Notes under the pieces: generated by a model | What the model saw: only the letters and a program-made list of their open reading frames with translations | Database searches by the model: none | What the model was told of the DNA's origin: nothing | Shown: positions 33,961-37,638 of the stretch, piece after piece | How the letters are laid out: every line of letters begins with the position of its first letter | How positions within the stretch are numbered: the first letter of the stretch is position 1 | Made by a program: the position numbers and the translations under genes | Source: Nemertoderma westbladi | Lineage: Eukaryota > Animalia > Xenacoelomorpha | Direction: 5' to 3' | Assembly: GCA_032718475.1 (NCBI GenBank) | Contig: JAUCBJ010001767.1 | Location: 1-37,638 of the forward strand | DNA length: 37,638 nt

Positions 33961-34806
33961 CATGAGGTAATACCTCGTTTCCATGGAGGTCCCTTTAAAT
34001 TCAACTGAATTAAACAAAAATTACGTGAATGAATCAATTGTTTAACATGCAACTAAATAAAATATGATAATAATAAAATATGGTAGACCGTAGAGGGTAG
34101 ACCCTACATAATTAAAAAAATATAACAACATCTCGATATATGGAAAACACTAGAAAATTAAGTTACAGATATTTGGATATAGCAATACAGCAATAGTTAT
34201 GATGTACCGACTGACACAAAGAAATAAAATATGGAAGACATAGTATGTAAATAAAAAAAATAAAGTTCTGGCCTCTGGTGCAGATAGAAATATAACAGAA
34301 CAAATAAATAAAATATGGCAGACCGTAGTTCAGCTAGAAATTTAAAAATATAACAGAAAGAATTTAAAAATAAAGCAGCACATCTAATGGACAGATGGAA
34401 GCTGTTGCCAGGTTGTGTTTATACACCTCTGCACCAATACTAGTGAACCGGTACAATAAATAACAGTTGACAGTACCGGTAATACTGCATTTGTTAAAAA
34501 TTCAGTGCCACCCAAACCGGAAAGAGCAGGGTACTCAACAACCTCGCAACTTCTGCGTTAGACACAAAAATGAATTAAAGAGAACCGACAGCGACACTAA
34601 ACAATTTCCCTGTAAAGCAACTGATTGTACTAGAGCGTACTCAATTTTATATATAGCCTAATTTATATAACACTAGAAGCTTAATTACTGTAGGCCTAAT
34701 ACAGTAATATGGAATAAATGGTAACCGGACCTGCCGGAACTTTTTCAAGTGAAAAATATTCCATTCTCATTGACTCTGTGTTAAACAGGATTAACGTGAT
34801 TGGTTA

Positions 34807-36083
34807 CCAGGGTGCAAACCACCACTGAACCGCGCACAACGCCCGCGCACAATTTTTCAGCCGCGCAATATCTGACAATATACCGCGCATGGACTGAAAA
34901 AACGCGCACACCAAGCTGAAAAACAATTCAATTCACACAAACATATGAATAAATAAATAAATAAATAAATAAAAAAAAGTATTACCGCTACCGGTATTTA
35001 TTAACTAACGTAAAGAAATAAAGAAAATAAATTTAAGCACAGCAAAATGAAAGAAAAACATGAGCGAAATTTTTCATTTTAACAATGTAAAATGAAAACG
35101 AAACGCGGGCGAAGCGTGTGAAATTTTGAACTTTTATATGTAGCATGTAGGTCAGTCTGTCAGTAAGTCCTAAAGTCTAAAATGAAAAAAAACGCGAACA
35201 AAGCGAGCGAAATTTTTTTATTTTAACAATGCAAAATGGAACAGAAACGCAAGCGAAGCGAGTGAAATTTTTTATGGCTAGGCTAATTATTTTTCTCATT
35301 AAATTGCAGTTTTGCACACTCTTTTTAACTTGTTTTACCCCTCATCCAGTCATCCGCGCACTTTTCAATTTCAATTTCAAATTTCAATATTTTGCACAGA
35401 TTACCGCGCACTTTTCAGTCAGGGAGATCATCAATTTTGGGGTTACCCCAAATTTCGAATTCTGGTACAAGTGCCAATGTTTTATTTTAGTTTTTTTACC
35501 GGGAGAAATAGTAAAATCAATGCAAAATTATGGCTCTGGTACATTATTATGTGGCAATATTATTCAATATTATTGCAGGTTGCTGTGTTGCCGACTTTGC
35601 AAAAGCTGTGCCCAACAAAAACTTACAATATTCAGATATTATGGGGACAACTTTTTCCCTACCAGTAGGGAAAAAAAGTAGGCCTACTTTTTCTCCCGAT
35701 TTTAGGGCATATTCCAGTATTCAAGCAAAAAAGTAACAATATAAAAATATAAGTTCTTTAAGCTCTGTCTGTCTGTACTTCGTTTTATATGTCTACTATC
35801 TGATCATAGGATCATACAACCCCACTGCACCCCTACCTACCACAGTACCAGTAGCCTTTTTAAGTACAAGCCTTCTTAAACTAATACTGAATATGTTTTA
35901 AATTTTATATTTCACAACACTCAGACACTAGGCCTACATCAGTTTATTTTTTTACCGGTACCTTTGCAATACAGTTAACAAGCTAACAACTACTGAACTA
36001 GGCCAACTATGGCTTCTGTCTGTATCTGACTATGCTATGCTGCTATGAAATTCAAATTTGGGGTAACTCCATTTGCAGCCTGG
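34807..36083. mobile_element. Non-autonomous DNA transposon (hAT-like), family Y
   Basis: TIRs CCAGGGTGCAAA / TTTGCAGCCTGG. The 8-bp TSD ATTGGTTA lies at 34799-34806 and 36084-36091. Internal CCGCGCA and GCGAAGCG motifs. Confidence 0.82.
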
Positions 36084-36338
36084 ATTGGTTACTGCTTAGT
36101 AGCAGCTGTCTCCAACCACATTAGTTGTTTTATAGGCCTGCAAAATGGAATAATGCAGTTATGTTAACTGAAAAAGCCACGATCTAAACATCTAAACACC
36201 CGTGTCAGCCGGTAAGCCTCTTGCTTACTTGCTTGATACGATCATCCGAATACCGGTACATCATGTGCTTTAAATTAATCGCTAATACTGGAATAGGCCT
36301 AGGGCCTAGTTAAATACCGGTCAGCCGGTAGCCTGTAT

Positions 36339-37202
36339 CCAGGTTGGAATTCATGCATGAGCGCGCAGGTACGCTTTGTTGTTTTGAAATCACCGCGCAC
36401 CTGAAATTGGCTCGTCGCGCACCTCATCATAATCCAAACAAAATCGCGCAGCTCATGTCATGCATATCTCAAAAAATCGCACAGTTCATAAGAACAATTT
36501 TACATTCCTATTTTACAAGTTTGAGCGTTTTAAGCTTATCTTTACTGCTTTACGTCTGTCTGTCTGTACGTTGAATCTAGGCTTACATCTGTAGGCCTAC
36601 ATAATAAATGTAATTTTTGCAACATCAAAATTGTTAATATTAAAAAAAATTGTTTTAATCCACTACTATGGTGGCGGGTGGACCATCGGGCTCACTGCTT
36701 TTAGTACAGTACTGCTCACTGCTACCTAACAATTAGGCTTAAAGATACAGTTGGCTTATAATTAAGTCATAGGCCTACTTATAATACCAAATACTGTAAT
36801 ACATTGTTACTTTCTGACTTTACCTGTTTACTAACGTAACATCGGCATAGCATAGACCTAATAACAATACAACAATAGAGTACTGTAGTTAAAATAAATA
36901 GACAAATTCAGCTCCGGTTGCCGGTATTACAGTATTATGGTGAAGTGATTTGACTGTTTGAAGAATTGGAAATGAGAAACTAATGCGAGCGAAGCGAGCG
37001 AAATTTTTTTGTGTATTTTCGTGATTTCAATTAATTTGTGGTGCGCATCAGACAGTCAGAGGCAGAGCTGCGCGCTGAGGCGCAACGCGCACCTGTCTCA
37101 CCCGAACGCACACCTGTCTCACCCAAACGCGCAACGCGCATCTGGTTTGCGGTCATTCGCGCAGGTACGCGTCCGAGTTTTGCAGCATGAATTCCAACCT
37201 GG
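36339..37202. mobile_element. Non-autonomous DNA transposon (hAT-like), family X copy 2, inverted relative to copy 1
   Basis: Perfect 18-bp TIRs CCAGGTTGGAATTCATGC. The 8-bp TSD GCCTGTAT lies at 36331-36338 and 37203-37210. Confidence 0.93.
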
Positions 37203-37462
37203 GCCTGTATGGAATCCATCCAAAAAGTGCGCCGGATAGCGCGCCGACCAATTTTATGCGCGCCGCGCGCCGACCAATTTTATGCGCGCGCCGATGCCAT
37301 TTCGAAGAAAAACCCTGCGCCAACTAAATTTTTAAGCGCGCCACACATTGAAACAATTTTGAAGAGCGCCATGCCAATGCAAATTCAATTTTGAGGGAGT
37401 GTAACCAATCTGTCAATGTCAGTCAGTCAGTACTGCTGTACCAGTCCCTGCTGCCCTATACA

Positions 37463-37505
37463 ACAGTTGCCTAACCAGTGGTTAGGCAACTGTCTGACTG
37501 TTGAC

Positions 37506-37552
<47 letters not shown>
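37463..37552 (+). repeat. 31-bp palindrome followed by a 44-nt poly(A)
   Basis: ACAGTTGCCTAACCA-G-TGGTTAGGCAACTGT (37463-37493), then an A-tract at 37509-37552. Confidence 0.85.
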
Positions 37553-37554
<2 letters not shown>

Positions 37555-37638
37555 CCAACCCCCACTTTCATGTTCCACCCCGACCAACAAAGCCATTGGT
37601 GAATCTGAAGCAAGTCACTAGACTAGCCTCAGTAAACA

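Noticed and set aside
32913-37394. Short ORFs such as 32913-33401, 33620-33955, 35229-35681 and 36344-36574
   Set aside because: They lie in or across non-autonomous transposons and have no recognisable domain, and frames are only partly shared between the two family X copies.

Overview
AT-rich eukaryotic genomic DNA, most likely from an invertebrate animal, dominated by transposable elements and tandem repeats. The only credible host genes are two paralogous C2H2 zinc-finger genes in convergent (inverted) orientation: 10917-12275 (+, 11 fingers) and 29262-27025 (-, 21 finger units). Their arrays use a KDIK(H/Y) linker instead of TGEKP and vary mainly in the recognition helices. Between them lie a tRNA-derived SINE, a decayed CR1-like LINE, a 34/35-bp GATTACA variant-repeat satellite of about 4.8 kb and a near-identical 2.9-kb tandem duplication. 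The window also holds a full-length piggyBac (894-4437, TTAA TSDs, one +1 frameshift) carrying a nested non-autonomous element, an RTE-like RT fragment, a Gypsy/Ginger-type integrase tail and three CCAGG-ended non-autonomous DNA transposons with 8-bp TSDs. MITE-like repeats, 30-bp and 36-bp minisatellites and several perfect hairpins are also present. Comparing paralogous copies inside the window shows TA dinucleotides repeatedly converted to TAGGCCTA or TACAGTA/TACTGTA, which look like pervasive transposon excision footprints. All calls were made by eye, with no database searches.
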